Below the pieces are notes generated by a model. It saw only the letters and a program-made list of their open reading frames with translations. It was not told the DNA's origin and did no database searches. A stretch of 64,000 bases of DNA, from positions 1,159,225 through 1,223,224 of the forward strand of contig OZ220746.1 in assembly GCA_965117025.1 (NCBI GenBank), read 5' to 3'. Both the position numbers and the translations under genes were made by a program. The stretch comes from Rhodothermales bacterium. Lineage in GTDB: Bacteria; Bacteroidota; Rhodothermia; Rhodothermales; VXPQ01. Positions 26,293-37,319 of the stretch are shown piece after piece; the first letter of the stretch is position 1, and each line of letters opens with the position of its first letter.

Positions 26293-27609
26293 CTACATAT
26301 ATCGCCCTCGAACACGTCCGCTTTTCATGAAGCCATCGTAATGACGCATGAGCAAATGGCTTTCGATCTGCTGGAGTGTATCCAATGTCACCTGCACGAG
26401 AATAAGCAGACTCGTCCCTCCGAAGAAGGCGGCAAAACCGGGTGAGACGCCAGCCTGCATGGCAAATGCAGGAAGAATCGCAACAAGCCCGAGGAAAATC
26501 GATCCGGGCAAAGTGATTTTCGTCAGAATGTTGTCGATGAACTCGCTGGTCTGCTTACCCGGCCTGATCCCGGGAATAAATCCGCCCTGCCGCTTCATGG
26601 TATCCGCCATTTCCCTTGGATTAACCGCAATAGCGGTGTAGAAATAGGTAAAGAATACGCAGATCACGAAAAACACGGTCGAATATCCCCAGCCGGAGAT
26701 GTCCGAGAACCAGCGTCCAAATTCGACCATGAAGGCACTGTCGGGAAAAAACGATGCGACCGTCGCAGGAACGAACATGATCGACTGCGCAAAGATAATG
26801 GGCATGACCCCCGCCGCATTGACACGAATCGGGAGATACTGGGTTGTGCCGCCGTACACTTTGCGCCCCACGACACGCTTCGCATACTGCACAGGAATAC
26901 GGCGCATACCCTGAGAAATCAGCACCACGCCAAGCATCACGAGTGCCCATATACCGATCTCCATCAGGAAGATGAAGAGATTGTCCGTGAGCGTAAACTC
27001 GTTGAAGAGGGCATTGGGCAAAAAGGCGATAATACCTACCATAATGACGATGGATATGCCATTCCCGATCCCGTTTTCCGTAATGCGCTCCCCAAGCCAC
27101 ATAACGAATACGGTACCGGCAGTCAGCACAATCACCGTCGAAATCATAAAAAACGTGGAATCGATTACGATCGCCTGGCCGGTGGCTCCATACTGCAGGT
27201 TGATCGCATATCCGATGGACTGAAAAGCGGTAATGCCTACGGTCCCATACCGTGTGAGCTGGGTGATTTTCCGGCGCCCTTCCTCGCCCTCACGCTGAAG
27301 CTTCTGAAAATAGGGAACCACCGCACCCAGCAACTGGATGATAATGGAAGCGGTGATATACGGCATGATGCCGAGTGCGAAAATACCGGCCTGGCTGAAG
27401 GCCCCTCCCACAAACATGTCCAGAAAACCGAAAATGTCGTTCGGATTTCCTTGTGCATTGACATCCGCCAGGATACCGGCATCCACGCCGGGAAGCGTTA
27501 CGTATGCTCCCAACCGGTACACGAGGAGTAACCCGACCGTGTACAGGATCCGGCGGCGGAGCTCATCTATCTTCCAGATGTTGCGTACGTTCTCGCCGAT
27601 ACTCGCCAT
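26293..27609 (-). CDS. secY: preprotein translocase subunit SecY
   Basis: 438-aa, 10-TM protein with LRRRILYTVGLLLVYRLGAYVTLPGV, GIMPYITASIIIQLL and ITQLTRYGTV motifs. Confidence 0.96.
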   Translation of the reverse strand: MASIGENVRNIWKIDELRRRILYTVGLLLVYRLGAYVTLPGVDAGILADVNAQGNPNDIFGFLDMFVGGAFSQAGIFALGIMPYITASIIIQLLGAVVPYFQKLQREGEEGRRKITQLTRYGTVGITAFQSIGYAINLQYGATGQAIVIDSTFFMISTVIVLTAGTVFVMWLGERITENGIGNGISIVIMVGIIAFLPNALFNEFTLTDNLFIFLMEIGIWALVMLGVVLISQGMRRIPVQYAKRVVGRKVYGGTTQYLPIRVNAAGVMPIIFAQSIMFVPATVASFFPDSAFMVEFGRWFSDISGWGYSTVFFVICVFFTYFYTAIAVNPREMADTMKRQGGFIPGIRPGKQTSEFIDNILTKITLPGSIFLGLVAILPAFAMQAGVSPGFAAFFGGTSLLILVQVTLDTLQQIESHLLMRHYDGFMKSGRVRGRYM

Positions 27610-27648
27610 GATGGGGTGTTGGATAGAGGACCGTTGCCGGTCCGTACA

Positions 27649-28110
27649 TTAGTCAAGGACGGTTGCCTTGCCTCCGGCCGCTTCAATCTTTTTCCTTGCA
27701 GAGGCACTGAACGCGTGCGCAGTGATCGAAAGCCCTTGCGGGGAATCACCGCTCCCAAGAATTTTAATCCGATCGGCCTTACGCGCAACCCCGGCCCCCA
27801 CAAGCACCTCAGGCGTCACCTCCGCAGCACTATCGATTCGCCCCTCGTCTACAAGGCGTGCTATCCAGGAAAGGTTTACGGCGCGGTATTCGACGCGGAA
27901 CCGGTTGTGAAATCCGAACTTCGGAACACGGCGCTGAAGGGGCATTTGACCTCCCTCGAACCACGCGGGAATACGTGCTCCCGCACGGCTCTTCTGACCC
28001 TTCGTCCCCTTCGTGGAACTGTGTCCGCCCTTGCCCGAACCCACACCGCGGGCAATGCGCTTCTTTTTTCGAGTAGCGCCCTTAACAGGCTTCAGATTGC
28101 TGAGATCCAT
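27649..28110 (-). CDS. rplO: 50S ribosomal protein L15
   Basis: MDLSNLKPVKGATRKKKRIARGVGSGKGGHSSTKGTKGQKSR is canonical L15. Confidence 0.95.
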   Translation of the reverse strand: MDLSNLKPVKGATRKKKRIARGVGSGKGGHSSTKGTKGQKSRAGARIPAWFEGGQMPLQRRVPKFGFHNRFRVEYRAVNLSWIARLVDEGRIDSAAEVTPEVLVGAGVARKADRIKILGSGDSPQGLSITAHAFSASARKKIEAAGGKATVLD

Positions 28111-28182
28111 AATGCATTTCGAATGGGTGCCCGTCCTCGGACGAAAGCCAGGGAATGAAAAACCCCCGACCTCTAAAGCGGA

Positions 28183-28365
28183 TCAGGCTTCGGTAACAGT
28201 AACAAGATGTCGAACCTTGTCAATCATCCCCCGCAGTTGTGGAGAGTCCGTATGTTCGACACGCTGGTGCATTCGCCGGATACCGAGCGCCTCGAGGGTG
28301 CGAACCAGGCGCTTCGATGAACCGATTGCAGATTTTGTCTGGGTTATGATAATCTTGTTCGCCAT
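28183..28365 (-). CDS. rpmD: 50S ribosomal protein L30
   Basis: 60 aa. IIITQTKSAIGSSKRLVRTLEALGIRRMHQ is typical L30. Confidence 0.93.
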   Translation of the reverse strand: MANKIIITQTKSAIGSSKRLVRTLEALGIRRMHQRVEHTDSPQLRGMIDKVRHLVTVTEA

Positions 28366-28417
28366 ATCCTTGTACGATCTGACCGCGAGTCATCGCACGC
28401 GAAAATCCGATGGTCGT

Positions 28418-28942
28418 TTATCCCTCGAACACCCTCTTCAGTGAAACACCGCGGCGCTGGGCCACTTCCATAGGGTCTTCAATCCGCTCCAGTGCCTGCA
28501 TCGTTGCAGAGACCTGATTGTGCGGATTACTCGATCCAAGGGATTTGGAAAGAATGTCCCGGATACCGGCACATTCCAGCACAGCTCGTACTCCCCCTCC
28601 GGCAATCACGCCAGTCCCGGGAGCTGCGGGCTTCAACAACACCTTCCCGGCATCCTGCCGACCCACGACGGGATGTGGAATCGTGTTATCCTTGAGCCGA
28701 ACGCGAATAAGGTTCTTCTTCGCATCTTCAGTCCCTTTTGAAATGGCGTCGGCCACCTCGTTTGCCTTGCCGAGACCAGCCCCGACCGTTCCCTGCCCGT
28801 CGCCTACTACCACGACGGCATTGAATGAAAAGCGGCGCCCGCCTTTAACGACCTTCGCCACACGGGATACGGATACAAGCCGCTCCTGCCAATCCTGGCC
28901 TTCCGCCGCCTCACGTCGTCGTTGCTCCTTTCGTGCTGCCAT
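28418..28942 (-). CDS. rpsE: 30S ribosomal protein S5
   Basis: Internal Met89 of the ORF gives MAARKEQ...[32 protein letters not shown], canonical S5 (174 aa). Confidence 0.94.
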   Translation of the reverse strand: MAARKEQRRREAAEGQDWQERLVSVSRVAKVVKGGRRFSFNAVVVVGDGQGTVGAGLGKANEVADAISKGTEDAKKNLIRVRLKDNTIPHPVVGRQDAGKVLLKPAAPGTGVIAGGGVRAVLECAGIRDILSKSLGSSNPHNQVSATMQALERIEDPMEVAQRRGVSLKRVFEG

Positions 28943-28982
28943 ACAAAACCTGAATGAGTTGTACCTGGTGTCTCGTAAGAAA

Positions 28983-29336
28983 CTACAGTTGTAATCCCCC
29001 TTCGCGAGCGCCGTCCGCCAAAGCCCGCACGCGCCCGTGATACCGATAGCCGTTCCGGTCGAACACAACCCGTTCAATACCCTTCTCCAGAGCACGGTGG
29101 GCAAGGTTCGTTCCAACGGCTTTGCTGACCTCCATGGGCGTATCGCCAACGATGTCAGACTCTTTGCTCGAGGCCGCTGCCAGTGTAACGCCCGCCCGAT
29201 CATCAATCAGTTGTGCATATATGTACTTGTTCGAACGAAAGACGGAAAGACGAGGACGCGAAGAGGTACCTGCGACCTTGTCCCGCATGCCGCGTTTTAC
29301 GCGTTGTTTCCGTTCCTGCTTTTTACGCACCGCCAT
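28983..29336 (-). CDS. rplR: 50S ribosomal protein L18
   Basis: [20 protein letters not shown]...[22 protein letters not shown] is canonical L18. Confidence 0.95.
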   Translation of the reverse strand: MAVRKKQERKQRVKRGMRDKVAGTSSRPRLSVFRSNKYIYAQLIDDRAGVTLAAASSKESDIVGDTPMEVSKAVGTNLAHRALEKGIERVVFDRNGYRYHGRVRALADGAREGGLQL

Positions 29337-29388
29337 AATTCCTGTCGGATACTCAAATCAAGATGCTGAGGGTTGAGCCGTGAAATAT

Positions 29389-29943
29389 TTAGCGAGCCGC
29401 TGTCTTCCCGGCCTTGCGACGAACATATTCGCCCACGTAGCGAACCCCCTTGCCCTTGTACGGCTCGGGGGGGCGTAAGGCCCGGATCTTCGCGGCTACC
29501 TGCCCGACGATTTGCTTGTCCGTTCCTTCGATCGTAACCACCGTGTTCTTGCCTCGCTGAGCCTCTACCGTAACAGAGACAGTCCCTGGCGGCACAAAAT
29601 AAATCGGATGCGAAAAGCCAAGGGCCAGTTCGAGAACTCCATTGTTTACCGAAGCACGGTAACCTACGCCAATCACTTCCAGTTGCTTGCGGTACCCTTT
29701 CGTAACACCCTCGACTGCATTGTCAATCAGTGAACGATACAACCCATGCATCGCCTTATGGCGCTTCTGATCGTCGGGGCGACGGACCACGATACTCCCG
29801 TTCTCCTGTGCCACCGTAATTTCAGAGGCGACCTGAACGAACAGTTCCCCCTTGGGCCCCTTGACGGTCACAAGGTTATCCTTCGAGATATTCACGGATA
29901 CGCCGTCGCTGATCTCAATGGGTTGATTGCCTACGCGAGACAT
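29389..29943 (-). CDS. rplF: 50S ribosomal protein L6
   Basis: Internal Met16 gives MSRVGNQPIEISDGVSVNI...PEPYKGKGVRYVGEYVRRKAGK, canonical L6. Confidence 0.94.
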   Translation of the reverse strand: MSRVGNQPIEISDGVSVNISKDNLVTVKGPKGELFVQVASEITVAQENGSIVVRRPDDQKRHKAMHGLYRSLIDNAVEGVTKGYRKQLEVIGVGYRASVNNGVLELALGFSHPIYFVPPGTVSVTVEAQRGKNTVVTIEGTDKQIVGQVAAKIRALRPPEPYKGKGVRYVGEYVRRKAGKTAAR

Positions 29944-30011
29944 GTTTCTTCTTTTTCGGGGTTGACGGATAGTGTGGTATACCTGCAACTCGCAGCGGAA
30001 TGCTTAAGGAA

Positions 30012-30413
30012 TCAATAGAGATAGGCAAGCACCTCGCCGCCAATATGCGCCTTGCGTGCCTCTTTGTCAGTCATCATGCCACGGGATGTGGACAAAATGG
30101 CTATTCCCAATCCGTTCATCACACGGGGCAATTCATTCGCCCTGGTATACCGGCGCAAGCCTGGTGTGGAGACACGTTTCATCATGCGAATGACCGGCTC
30201 TCCCTGCGCATCGTACTTCAGGCGGACTCGAATGAGTCCCTGCTTGCCATCATCCACATTCAGGTAACTGCGGATATATCCCTTGTCCAGCAAAATCTGC
30301 GTGATTGCACGTTTTTGCTTCGAGGCAGGTATATCCACGTACTTTCGCCCGGCCTGCTGGCCGTTGCGAATGCGCGTCAGATAATCTGAAACCGGGTCTG
30401 TAATGCCACTCAT
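30012..30413 (-). CDS. rpsH: 30S ribosomal protein S8
   Basis: TDPVSDYLTRIRNGQQAGRKYVDIPASK...GGEVLAYLY is canonical S8. Confidence 0.95.
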   Translation of the reverse strand: MSGITDPVSDYLTRIRNGQQAGRKYVDIPASKQKRAITQILLDKGYIRSYLNVDDGKQGLIRVRLKYDAQGEPVIRMMKRVSTPGLRRYTRANELPRVMNGLGIAILSTSRGMMTDKEARKAHIGGEVLAYLY

Positions 30414-30434
30414 ATCGTCTGGGGTCGAAAAACG

Positions 30435-30704
30435 TTACCAGGATGCCTTGCGCACACCGGGTATCTTACCTTCAAGCGCCATCTCGCGAAAAGCGATACG
30501 GGAAATGCCGAAATCACGCATATAGCCCCGGGCACGGCCCGTAAGCGGGCACCGGTTGTGCAACCGGACGGGGCTTGCGTCGCGTGGAAGTCGTTGCAGA
30601 CCGATCCAATCACCCTGCTCCTTGAGCAGGCGACGTTTCTCGGCATACTTTTCGACAGTACGCCGGCGCTTCCTTTCACGAGCCATCCAACTTGTTTTCG
30701 CCAT
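30435..30704 (-). CDS. rpsN: 30S ribosomal protein S14 (long, Cys-free form)
   Basis: [28 protein letters not shown]...[41 protein letters not shown] is canonical S14. Confidence 0.94.
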   Translation of the reverse strand: MAKTSWMARERKRRRTVEKYAEKRRLLKEQGDWIGLQRLPRDASPVRLHNRCPLTGRARGYMRDFGISRIAFREMALEGKIPGVRKASW

Positions 30705-30768
30705 ACGTGTAAGATGTTATCAATTGCAGGTGTCTAATGCGGGAGGGACAAAGTGACTGTATACGGGA

Positions 30769-31341
30769 TCAGGCGGCTGCGGATCGTTCTTCCCGCCGTA
30801 CAAAAGGAATACCGAACTCCTTCAGTAGCGCATACGCCGCATCGTCCGTCGGCGCCGTCGTTACAAAAGTAATGTCCAGCCCGCTAATTCGATCAATCTT
30901 GTCCACATCGATTTCGGGAAAGATGATCTGTTCCCGGATGCCCAGGGTGAAATTACCCCGACCATCGAAACTGCGGTCCGATACGCCACGAAAGTCGCGC
31001 ACACGCGGCAACGCCAGCGTAATGAGACGGTCCACAAATTCGTACATGTAATCTCCGCGCAACGTCACGAAACAGCCGATGGGCATACCCTGCCGCAGTT
31101 TGAAATTCGAAACACTCTTCCGCGCTCTCGCCACCCTGGGCTGCCGGCCCGTGATGCGCCGCAATTCGTCCATGGCGTTGTCCAGTGCTTTTTTGTCCGC
31201 AGAAGCATCCCCAACCCCTTTGTTGACAACGACCTTCTCCAGGCGAGGAGCTTGCATAACATTCCCGTATCCGAACTGCTTCATCAGTGCAGGAATGATC
31301 TGCTTTCGATACCGGTCCTTCAATCTCGGTGTGTATGTCAT
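30769..31341 (-). CDS. rplE: 50S ribosomal protein L5
   Basis: Internal Met24 gives [40 protein letters not shown], canonical L5. Confidence 0.94.
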   Translation of the reverse strand: MTYTPRLKDRYRKQIIPALMKQFGYGNVMQAPRLEKVVVNKGVGDASADKKALDNAMDELRRITGRQPRVARARKSVSNFKLRQGMPIGCFVTLRGDYMYEFVDRLITLALPRVRDFRGVSDRSFDGRGNFTLGIREQIIFPEIDVDKIDRISGLDITFVTTAPTDDAAYALLKEFGIPFVRREERSAAA

Positions 31342-31413
31342 CTGTCCAATCTCAATGGGCAAGGTGTAGAGAAATAACGGCCTGCAATCGCGCGTTCGGT
31401 GCAGACGCATGCC

Positions 31414-31767
31414 TCACGCAAGTTCTTCCCCTGTGTTTTTTGCATATCGGACCCATTGTCCGCGCCCTGTTTCCGGATCCGTAATCCGCTTGCGCCCCAC
31501 CCGTGTCGGATTTCCGTCCGAAGCAATGGGTTGTACATTGGACACATGGATAGGCACTTCTTTCTCTATACGTCCCCCCTGGGGATTGGCGGCGCTCGGT
31601 TTTTCGTGATGGAAGCGGAGGTTCACCCCCTCGACAATCACACGCTCCTTCTCCGGAAAAATCACCAGGATCTTCCCTTCGTACCCCCGATAGTTGCCCG
31701 CAATCACGCGTACGCGATCCCCCTTTTTGACGTGTACCTTCTTTTGTGCATTGTGTTTTCTCGGCAT
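31414..31767 (-). CDS. rplX: 50S ribosomal protein L24
   Basis: Internal Met27 gives [34 protein letters not shown], with the KOW motif typical of L24. Confidence 0.92.
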   Translation of the reverse strand: MPRKHNAQKKVHVKKGDRVRVIAGNYRGYEGKILVIFPEKERVIVEGVNLRFHHEKPSAANPQGGRIEKEVPIHVSNVQPIASDGNPTRVGRKRITDPETGRGQWVRYAKNTGEELA

Positions 31768-31771
31768 GACG

Positions 31772-32140
31772 CTATAGCACCTCCGGGGCAAGAGAAACAA
31801 TGCGCATAAACCGTTTTTCGCGCAATTCGCGGGCCACAGGCCCAAAAATCCGTGTGCCGCGCGGCTCGTCCTGAGGATTCAAAAGCACAGCAGCGTTTTC
31901 GTCGAAGCGGATATACGAACCATCCTTGCGGCGAAGCTCTTTCTTCGTACGAACCACCACGGCTGGCGAAACGTCTCCTTTTTTGACAGTACCTCCCGGC
32001 ATAGCGGATTTGACCGTCACAATAATTCGATCACCGATGCGCGCATAACGCCGACCGCTTCCACCGAGTACACGGATACACAGCACCTCTTTGGCGCCGC
32101 TGTTATCCGCAACGGTAAGTCTCGATTCCTGCTGAATCAT
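31772..32140 (-). CDS. rplN: 50S ribosomal protein L14
   Basis: [28 protein letters not shown] is canonical L14. Confidence 0.96.
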   Translation of the reverse strand: MIQQESRLTVADNSGAKEVLCIRVLGGSGRRYARIGDRIIVTVKSAMPGGTVKKGDVSPAVVVRTKKELRRKDGSYIRFDENAAVLLNPQDEPRGTRIFGPVARELREKRFMRIVSLAPEVL

Positions 32141-32163
32141 GGCTTCCCTGAGAGTGTTGGGGG

Positions 32164-32454
32164 CTATCTGGCCCGTTCGATGACTTCGGCAAGACGCCAG
32201 CGCTTGCGCTTGCTAAGCGGACGCGTTTCCATGATGCGAACGGAATCTCCCCGCTTTGCATCGTTGCTTTCATCATGCGCCATCAACTTCGTCGTCTTCT
32301 TGATGAACTTACCGTATATCGGATGCTTGATCTGGCGCTGCACCGCCACCAGGATCGTCTTGTCCATACGATCGCTGATGACAACTCCGATACGCTCCTT
32401 ACGCGCTGGCCGGCGTACCTGCCGCTCCACAGTCTCTGTGGTGTCTGTACTCAT
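32164..32454 (-). CDS. rpsQ: 30S ribosomal protein S17
   Basis: [45 protein letters not shown] is canonical S17. Confidence 0.95.
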   Translation of the reverse strand: MSTDTTETVERQVRRPARKERIGVVISDRMDKTILVAVQRQIKHPIYGKFIKKTTKLMAHDESNDAKRGDSVRIMETRPLSKRKRWRLAEVIERAR

Positions 32455-32473
32455 AGTGTCTTTTCGTTCCGGT

Positions 32474-32671
32474 TCAGGCCTTGTTCTCCTGCTCGTGGAG
32501 GATGGTCTTCAGCCGCGCAACCAGCCGTCGCTTACGGCGCAGTAACGTCGGATTCTCAATCTGCGCGATGGCGTGCTGAAAATGCAGCCGGCGCAATTGG
32601 TCTTCCTCCTCGTCAATGCGCTTTCGGACCTCTTCCAGACCGAGTTCACGAATTTCTTTTGCCTTCAACAT
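32474..32671 (-). CDS. rpmC: 50S ribosomal protein L29
   Basis: [35 protein letters not shown] fits the L29 pattern. The ORF-track start at 32683 is a TTG four codons upstream. Confidence 0.92.
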   Translation of the reverse strand: MLKAKEIRELGLEEVRKRIDEEEDQLRRLHFQHAIAQIENPTLLRRKRRLVARLKTILHEQENKA

Positions 32672-32691
32672 GGCATGCTCCAATGGGATTG

Positions 32692-33132
32692 CTATCGTCC
32701 GACAGATTCCTGAGGCTGATAATCCGGGCGCATTACAAACTTTGTCTTGATCGGCAACTTGTGCCGGGCAAGCCGAAGCGCCTCCCGGGCCAATTCTTCC
32801 GAAATGCCGCCGCCGATCTCAAACAAGATGCGTCCCGGCTTCACATTAGCGGCCCAGTACTCCGGAGAGCCTTTGCCCTTCCCCATACGAGTTTCCGCCG
32901 GCTTTTTCGTAATCGGCTTGTCCGGGTAAATGCGAATCCACACCTTACCGACACGCTTCATGTGACGCGTCATGGCAATACGCGCCGCCTCAATCTGCCG
33001 GCTGGTAATACGCCCCGGTTCCAGTGCCTTGATACCAAAATCTCCAAAATTGATGCTTGCTCCCCGGTGTGCATTCCCTCTGATGCGCCCTTTCTGGTAC
33101 TTTCGGTACTTTGTACGTTTCGGCATTAACAT
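32692..33132 (-). CDS. rplP: 50S ribosomal protein L16
   Basis: [24 protein letters not shown] is the canonical L16 N-terminus. Confidence 0.96.
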   Translation of the reverse strand: MLMPKRTKYRKYQKGRIRGNAHRGASINFGDFGIKALEPGRITSRQIEAARIAMTRHMKRVGKVWIRIYPDKPITKKPAETRMGKGKGSPEYWAANVKPGRILFEIGGGISEELAREALRLARHKLPIKTKFVMRPDYQPQESVGR

Positions 33133-33175
33133 GGCTATCCTCTATCTCGAATCCCTGAGTGATAGAAAGCAATGG

Positions 33176-33919
33176 TCAGGACGCTTGGTCGCCATCACGT
33201 GACCGGCGACCCCGGCGCTTACGAGCCGGTGGCTGGAACTGCTGCTGCATTTGCTGCCGCTGCGCCTGGATGTTCGGGCTCAGGTCAGGCTGACCGAGAA
33301 TTTCGCCCCGATATATCCATACTTTCACGCCGATAGAACCATAAATGGTGTGGGATGTCGCCTGCGCGAAATCAATGTCGGCCCGGATCGTGTGCAAGGG
33401 AACGCGGCCTTCAAGATACTGCTCTGTACGTCCCATCTCTGCTCCGCCAAGACGTCCTGCAACACGAATGCGGATCCCTTCCGCACCCATGCGCATGGCT
33501 GCCGTAACCGCTTGTTTCATGGCCCGGCGGAACGAAACGCGGCCCTCCAACTGCTGAGCCACATTCTGGGCAACCAGTTCAGCATCCAGTTCGGGACGCT
33601 TGATTTCGTTGATATTTATCCGAATGTCCTCTTTGTTCGTCAGTTTCTTGATTTCTTCCCGGAGCTTCTCCACCTCGCTACCACTGCGGCCAATGACCAC
33701 GCCGGGACGACTCGTATGTAACGTCAGCACCACGCTCTTCAACGTACGTTCGATAACACAACGGCTTAATCCTGCACGACGCAGGCGCGTCGCGAGATAC
33801 CGGCGAATTTCTTCGTCCTCAACAAGTTTTACCGGAAGATCCCGGGCCGCATACCAGTTGGAATCCCAACCCCGAATGATGCCTAATCGAAATCCGACCG
33901 GATGTGTTTTCTGACCCAA
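33176..33919 (-). CDS. rpsC: 30S ribosomal protein S3 (with a basic/Gln-rich C-terminal tail)
   Basis: MGQKTHPVGFRLGIIRGWDSNWYA, plus KH and S3-C domains. The tail is QRQQMQQQFQPPARKRRGRRSRDGDQAS. Confidence 0.96.
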   Translation of the reverse strand: MGQKTHPVGFRLGIIRGWDSNWYAARDLPVKLVEDEEIRRYLATRLRRAGLSRCVIERTLKSVVLTLHTSRPGVVIGRSGSEVEKLREEIKKLTNKEDIRININEIKRPELDAELVAQNVAQQLEGRVSFRRAMKQAVTAAMRMGAEGIRIRVAGRLGGAEMGRTEQYLEGRVPLHTIRADIDFAQATSHTIYGSIGVKVWIYRGEILGQPDLSPNIQAQRQQMQQQFQPPARKRRGRRSRDGDQAS

Positions 33920-33968
33920 TGTCTTTCTCTGTTTAGCGTGTCATGTTCTGCGGTTACGTAATGGCGCC

Positions 33969-34346
33969 TCACGCGTCGTCTTCCGGCTGTTCCACTTCGG
34001 TCTCGCCCGTCGTAGCCACTACCACCGTCAGGTGGCACGAACGCTTGAGTATAGGGTGCGCACGACCACGGGATACCGGGCGAAATCGTTTCATGCGTAC
34101 CCCTTCGTCCGCTCGTATTTCCCTTACTACCAGATCCGTTTCTTCAAACCGGTCATCCGGATTCCTGTCCATCAGGTTGTAGACCGCTGATTGAATCGTC
34201 AATTCAACCGGGCGGGTTATCCTGTGCGGCTGATAGTGCAGAATGCTGAGAGCATCGGCAACCGTTTTCCCGCGAACGAGATTGATCACCGTACGCATCT
34301 TGCGAGGCGAACTCCGGATATGCTTTCTTATGGCGCGTGCTTCCAT
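33969..34346 (-). CDS. rplV: 50S ribosomal protein L22
   Basis: MEARAIRKHIRSSPRKMRTVINLVRGK resembles the canonical L22 N-terminus. The start is Met19 of the ORF (Met17 at 34352 is also possible). Confidence 0.93.
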   Translation of the reverse strand: MEARAIRKHIRSSPRKMRTVINLVRGKTVADALSILHYQPHRITRPVELTIQSAVYNLMDRNPDDRFEETDLVVREIRADEGVRMKRFRPVSRGRAHPILKRSCHLTVVVATTGETEVEQPEDDA

Positions 34347-34421
34347 ATTCATCGTGCGTCCTGGTAAGCTATGCGAAGACCCACAGGCCCTGCGCAGCAA
34401 CGCGGAGCGCGACTTTTACTG

Positions 34422-34706
34422 TTATCGTTTCATGCGCTTGTCCGTGCTTTTCCCGGCGTGTCCCCGGAAAGAACGCGTAGGCGAAAATTCGCCCAACTTG
34501 TGTCCGACCATATTCTCTGTCACATATACAGGGATAAACTGCTTCCCATTGTGTACGGCGAATGTATGTCCTACGAATTCCGGCGTGATCATGGAGTCGC
34601 GACTCCAGGTTTTGATCACCTTTTTTGAGTTACTTTTGTTCAAGGCATCCACCTTGCGTTGCAACTTAAAGTGAACGTAAGGTCCTTTGCGTAGTGAACG
34701 TGCCAT
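34422..34706 (-). CDS. rpsS: 30S ribosomal protein S19
   Basis: [15 protein letters not shown]...[38 protein letters not shown] is canonical S19. Confidence 0.96.
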   Translation of the reverse strand: MARSLRKGPYVHFKLQRKVDALNKSNSKKVIKTWSRDSMITPEFVGHTFAVHNGKQFIPVYVTENMVGHKLGEFSPTRSFRGHAGKSTDKRMKR

Positions 34707-34753
34707 CTTGCTGTAATCTGATCTCTCCGGAAGCGATCAGGCGCGGGACGCAC

Positions 34754-35578
34754 CTATCGGCTTCGGCGCCGGACAATGTACTTGTCCGATTGCTTGTTTT
34801 TCTTGCGTGTCTTATACCCTTTGGCCGGCACGCCATGCGGAGAACGCGGAAGCCCTCCGGATGCCTTTCCTTCCCCGCCGCCCATCGGGTGATCAACCGG
34901 ATTCATCGCCACACCGCGCGTCTTCGGACGTATGCCGAGCCATCGACTACGTCCGGCCTTTCCGATATCTATGTTCATATGATCCGGATTACTCGCCGTA
35001 CCGATGGTCGCCACGCACTGCACAGGAACAAGGCGGGTCTCTCCCGAGGGAAGTTTGAGGGTGGCATACTTCCCTTCGCGCGCCGTGAGCTGCGCACCGG
35101 CGCCGGCTGAGCGAGCCAGTTGCGCTCCTTTTCCGGGACGCATTTCAATAGCATGTACTTGTGTGCCAAGAGGAATGTTGGACAGTGGAAGACAGTTGCC
35201 CGGTTCGGGCGGCGCATCCGGGCCATTTTGAAGGGTCATACCCACTTCTACCCCATCGGGAGCAATGATATAGCGCTTCTCTCCATCGGCGTACGCCAGA
35301 AGCGCGATGCGGGCCGAACGATTCGGGTCATACTCGATGGTAGCAACCCGTGCCGGGATCCCCGTTTTATCGCGCTTGAAATCAATGATGCGATACCGCC
35401 GCTTGTGCCCCCCGCCCTGGTGACGAGTCGTAATGCGACCCGTGTTGTTACGACCGGCCTTGTGCTTCAACGGAGCCAGCAAACTTTTCTCGGGCTTCGA
35501 CGAGGTAATGTCGTCGAAAGCATCGAGCGTATATTGCCGTCTGGCGTTGGACGTCGGCTTTACTTTCCTGATGGCCAT
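34754..35578 (-). CDS. rplB: 50S ribosomal protein L2
   Basis: Internal Met15 gives [15 protein letters not shown]... with [15 protein letters not shown] and [14 protein letters not shown] motifs. Confidence 0.95.
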   Translation of the reverse strand: MAIRKVKPTSNARRQYTLDAFDDITSSKPEKSLLAPLKHKAGRNNTGRITTRHQGGGHKRRYRIIDFKRDKTGIPARVATIEYDPNRSARIALLAYADGEKRYIIAPDGVEVGMTLQNGPDAPPEPGNCLPLSNIPLGTQVHAIEMRPGKGAQLARSAGAGAQLTAREGKYATLKLPSGETRLVPVQCVATIGTASNPDHMNIDIGKAGRSRWLGIRPKTRGVAMNPVDHPMGGGEGKASGGLPRSPHGVPAKGYKTRKKNKQSDKYIVRRRSR

Positions 35579-35626
35579 GGGTTTAGGCGATTCTATAAGG
35601 GGTAAGCCCCTGCTTCGCAATGGGTA

Positions 35627-35926
35627 TTAAACCTGCTCGAAAAAGTCGATCGGCTCCGAATCCGGGTGAAGCGTTATGATAGCCCGCTTGTGCCGCGCGG
35701 TGCGGCCATGCACAATCCCGCGCCGGGTACGCTGACTGCGCTGTTTGCCCCGGACGATATAGGTGCGAACCTTTTTGATCGAAACAGACGGATAGCGCTC
35801 CTGTACCGCCTTTTTGATCTCCACCTTATTGGCGTCCAGCCGAACATGGAATGTATAATGCCGCTCTTCCATGAGCCTTGTCAGCTTTTCGGTAACCAAT
35901 GGCTGGATGAGTACGTCGTCAGGCAT
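35627..35926 (-). CDS. rplW: 50S ribosomal protein L23
   Basis: 99 aa. LIQPLVTEKLTRLMEERHYTFHV...NKVEIKKAVQERY fits L23. Confidence 0.93.
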   Translation of the reverse strand: MPDDVLIQPLVTEKLTRLMEERHYTFHVRLDANKVEIKKAVQERYPSVSIKKVRTYIVRGKQRSQRTRRGIVHGRTARHKRAIITLHPDSEPIDFFEQV

Positions 35927-35964
35927 GGTGATTTTTTTCGTCGATCCGTTCGCAATATCGCGGC

Positions 35965-36612
35965 TCAGGCCGCAGCTTTTTCACTTGACCCCAGCAGCCG
36001 GGTGAGGAGCGCCAGAGCTCCTTCCTCAAACATCACTACATCTGCTTCGAGAATGTCGAGTGTCGAAACATGCCGTGCCTCCTTAACCCGGATGCGTGGA
36101 AGGTTACTGCTTGAACGATACACCTCCGGCCTATGCATTTCCGTAAGCACAAGCACCTTGTTGCCGGAAAACCCCATCGTCGTCATGAGTTCGGAAAGCT
36201 TTCGGGAATTGGGCTCAGCGTACTGCAAATCTCCCACAACACACAATGCATCTCCCTGCGCCTTGTAACTGAGCGCTGACCGGCGGGCAAGACGGCTCGC
36301 CTTCGTATTCATTTTGAAACCGTACTTCCGCGGACGCGGCCCAAAAAACGTTCCGCCACTCCGGCGAAGCGACGATTTTCTGGAGCCCGCACGCGCATAC
36401 CCTGTACCTTTCTGGCGATACATCTTTCTGGTGCTTCCCCGCACTTCGCTGCGTTCCTTCGTTTTGTGCGTCCCCTGCCGGGCACTGGCCTGTATTCTCC
36501 GCACATCCAGCCAGATGACATGGTCATTGGGCTCGATGGCGAACACGGAGGGATCCAGTTTCACCTTACGCTTTCTCGTACTCCCGTCAGAACCGAAAAC
36601 CTTGGCATTCAT
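35965..36612 (-). CDS. rplD: 50S ribosomal protein L4
   Basis: MNAKVFGSDGSTRKRKVKLDPSVFAIEPNDHVIWLDVRR...QGTHKTKERSEVRGSTRKMYRQKGTGYARAGS is canonical L4 of the Bacteroidota type. Confidence 0.94.
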   Translation of the reverse strand: MNAKVFGSDGSTRKRKVKLDPSVFAIEPNDHVIWLDVRRIQASARQGTHKTKERSEVRGSTRKMYRQKGTGYARAGSRKSSLRRSGGTFFGPRPRKYGFKMNTKASRLARRSALSYKAQGDALCVVGDLQYAEPNSRKLSELMTTMGFSGNKVLVLTEMHRPEVYRSSSNLPRIRVKEARHVSTLDILEADVVMFEEGALALLTRLLGSSEKAAA

Positions 36613-36681
36613 AATGTATCCGGACATTCGCGTTTCTGCAGGGGCAAGCGGCGGAGTATCCCCCGACCCGAAACAGGGCGA

Positions 36682-37317
36682 TCATTTCTTTTTATGGATC
36701 GTGACAAAGCCTCCCCTGGGCCCCGGTACAGCGCCCTTCAGCAAAAGAACATGCTGCTCACCCAGCACCTGCACTACTTCAAGATTCTGCACGGTTGTAC
36801 GAGCGTTGCCCTGACGCCCGGCCATCTTCATGCCGGGAAACACCCGGGAAGGATCAGAAGAGGCGCCGATAGACCCTGGAGCGCGCTCCCGATTGTGCTG
36901 CCCGTGCGTGCGTGAGCCGACTCCTTTGAAACCGTGCCGGCGCACTACTCCCTGGAAACCTTTCCCTTTCGAAATACCGACGACATCCACGATATCACCT
37001 TCCTCAAACACATCATCCAGAGCAATTTCGTCTCCAAGCGATAGCTCTTGTCCAACAAAACCACGGCGAAATTCGACCGACTTTTGTTTTGGCGAGGTTC
37101 CCGCCCGCTCATAATGACCGCGCCGGGCGCGCGTTACCCGTCCGGTCTTGCGTTCGACGGCTGCAAGTTGCACCGCGTCGTAGCCATCCACCCCATCGGC
37201 AGACTTCACCTGGGTAACCACATTCGGCGTTACTTCGACGAGTGTGCAGGGAATATTATTCCCGACCTCGTCGAATACACTGGTCATGCCAACTTTTCTA
37301 CCAATCAGCCCGCTCAT
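36682..37317 (-). CDS. rplC: 50S ribosomal protein L3
   Basis: MSGLIGRKVGMTSVFDEVGNNIPCTLVEV...GKGFQGVVRRHGF is canonical L3. Confidence 0.96.
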   Translation of the reverse strand: MSGLIGRKVGMTSVFDEVGNNIPCTLVEVTPNVVTQVKSADGVDGYDAVQLAAVERKTGRVTRARRGHYERAGTSPKQKSVEFRRGFVGQELSLGDEIALDDVFEEGDIVDVVGISKGKGFQGVVRRHGFKGVGSRTHGQHNRERAPGSIGASSDPSRVFPGMKMAGRQGNARTTVQNLEVVQVLGEQHVLLLKGAVPGPRGGFVTIHKKK

Positions 37318-37319
37318 GG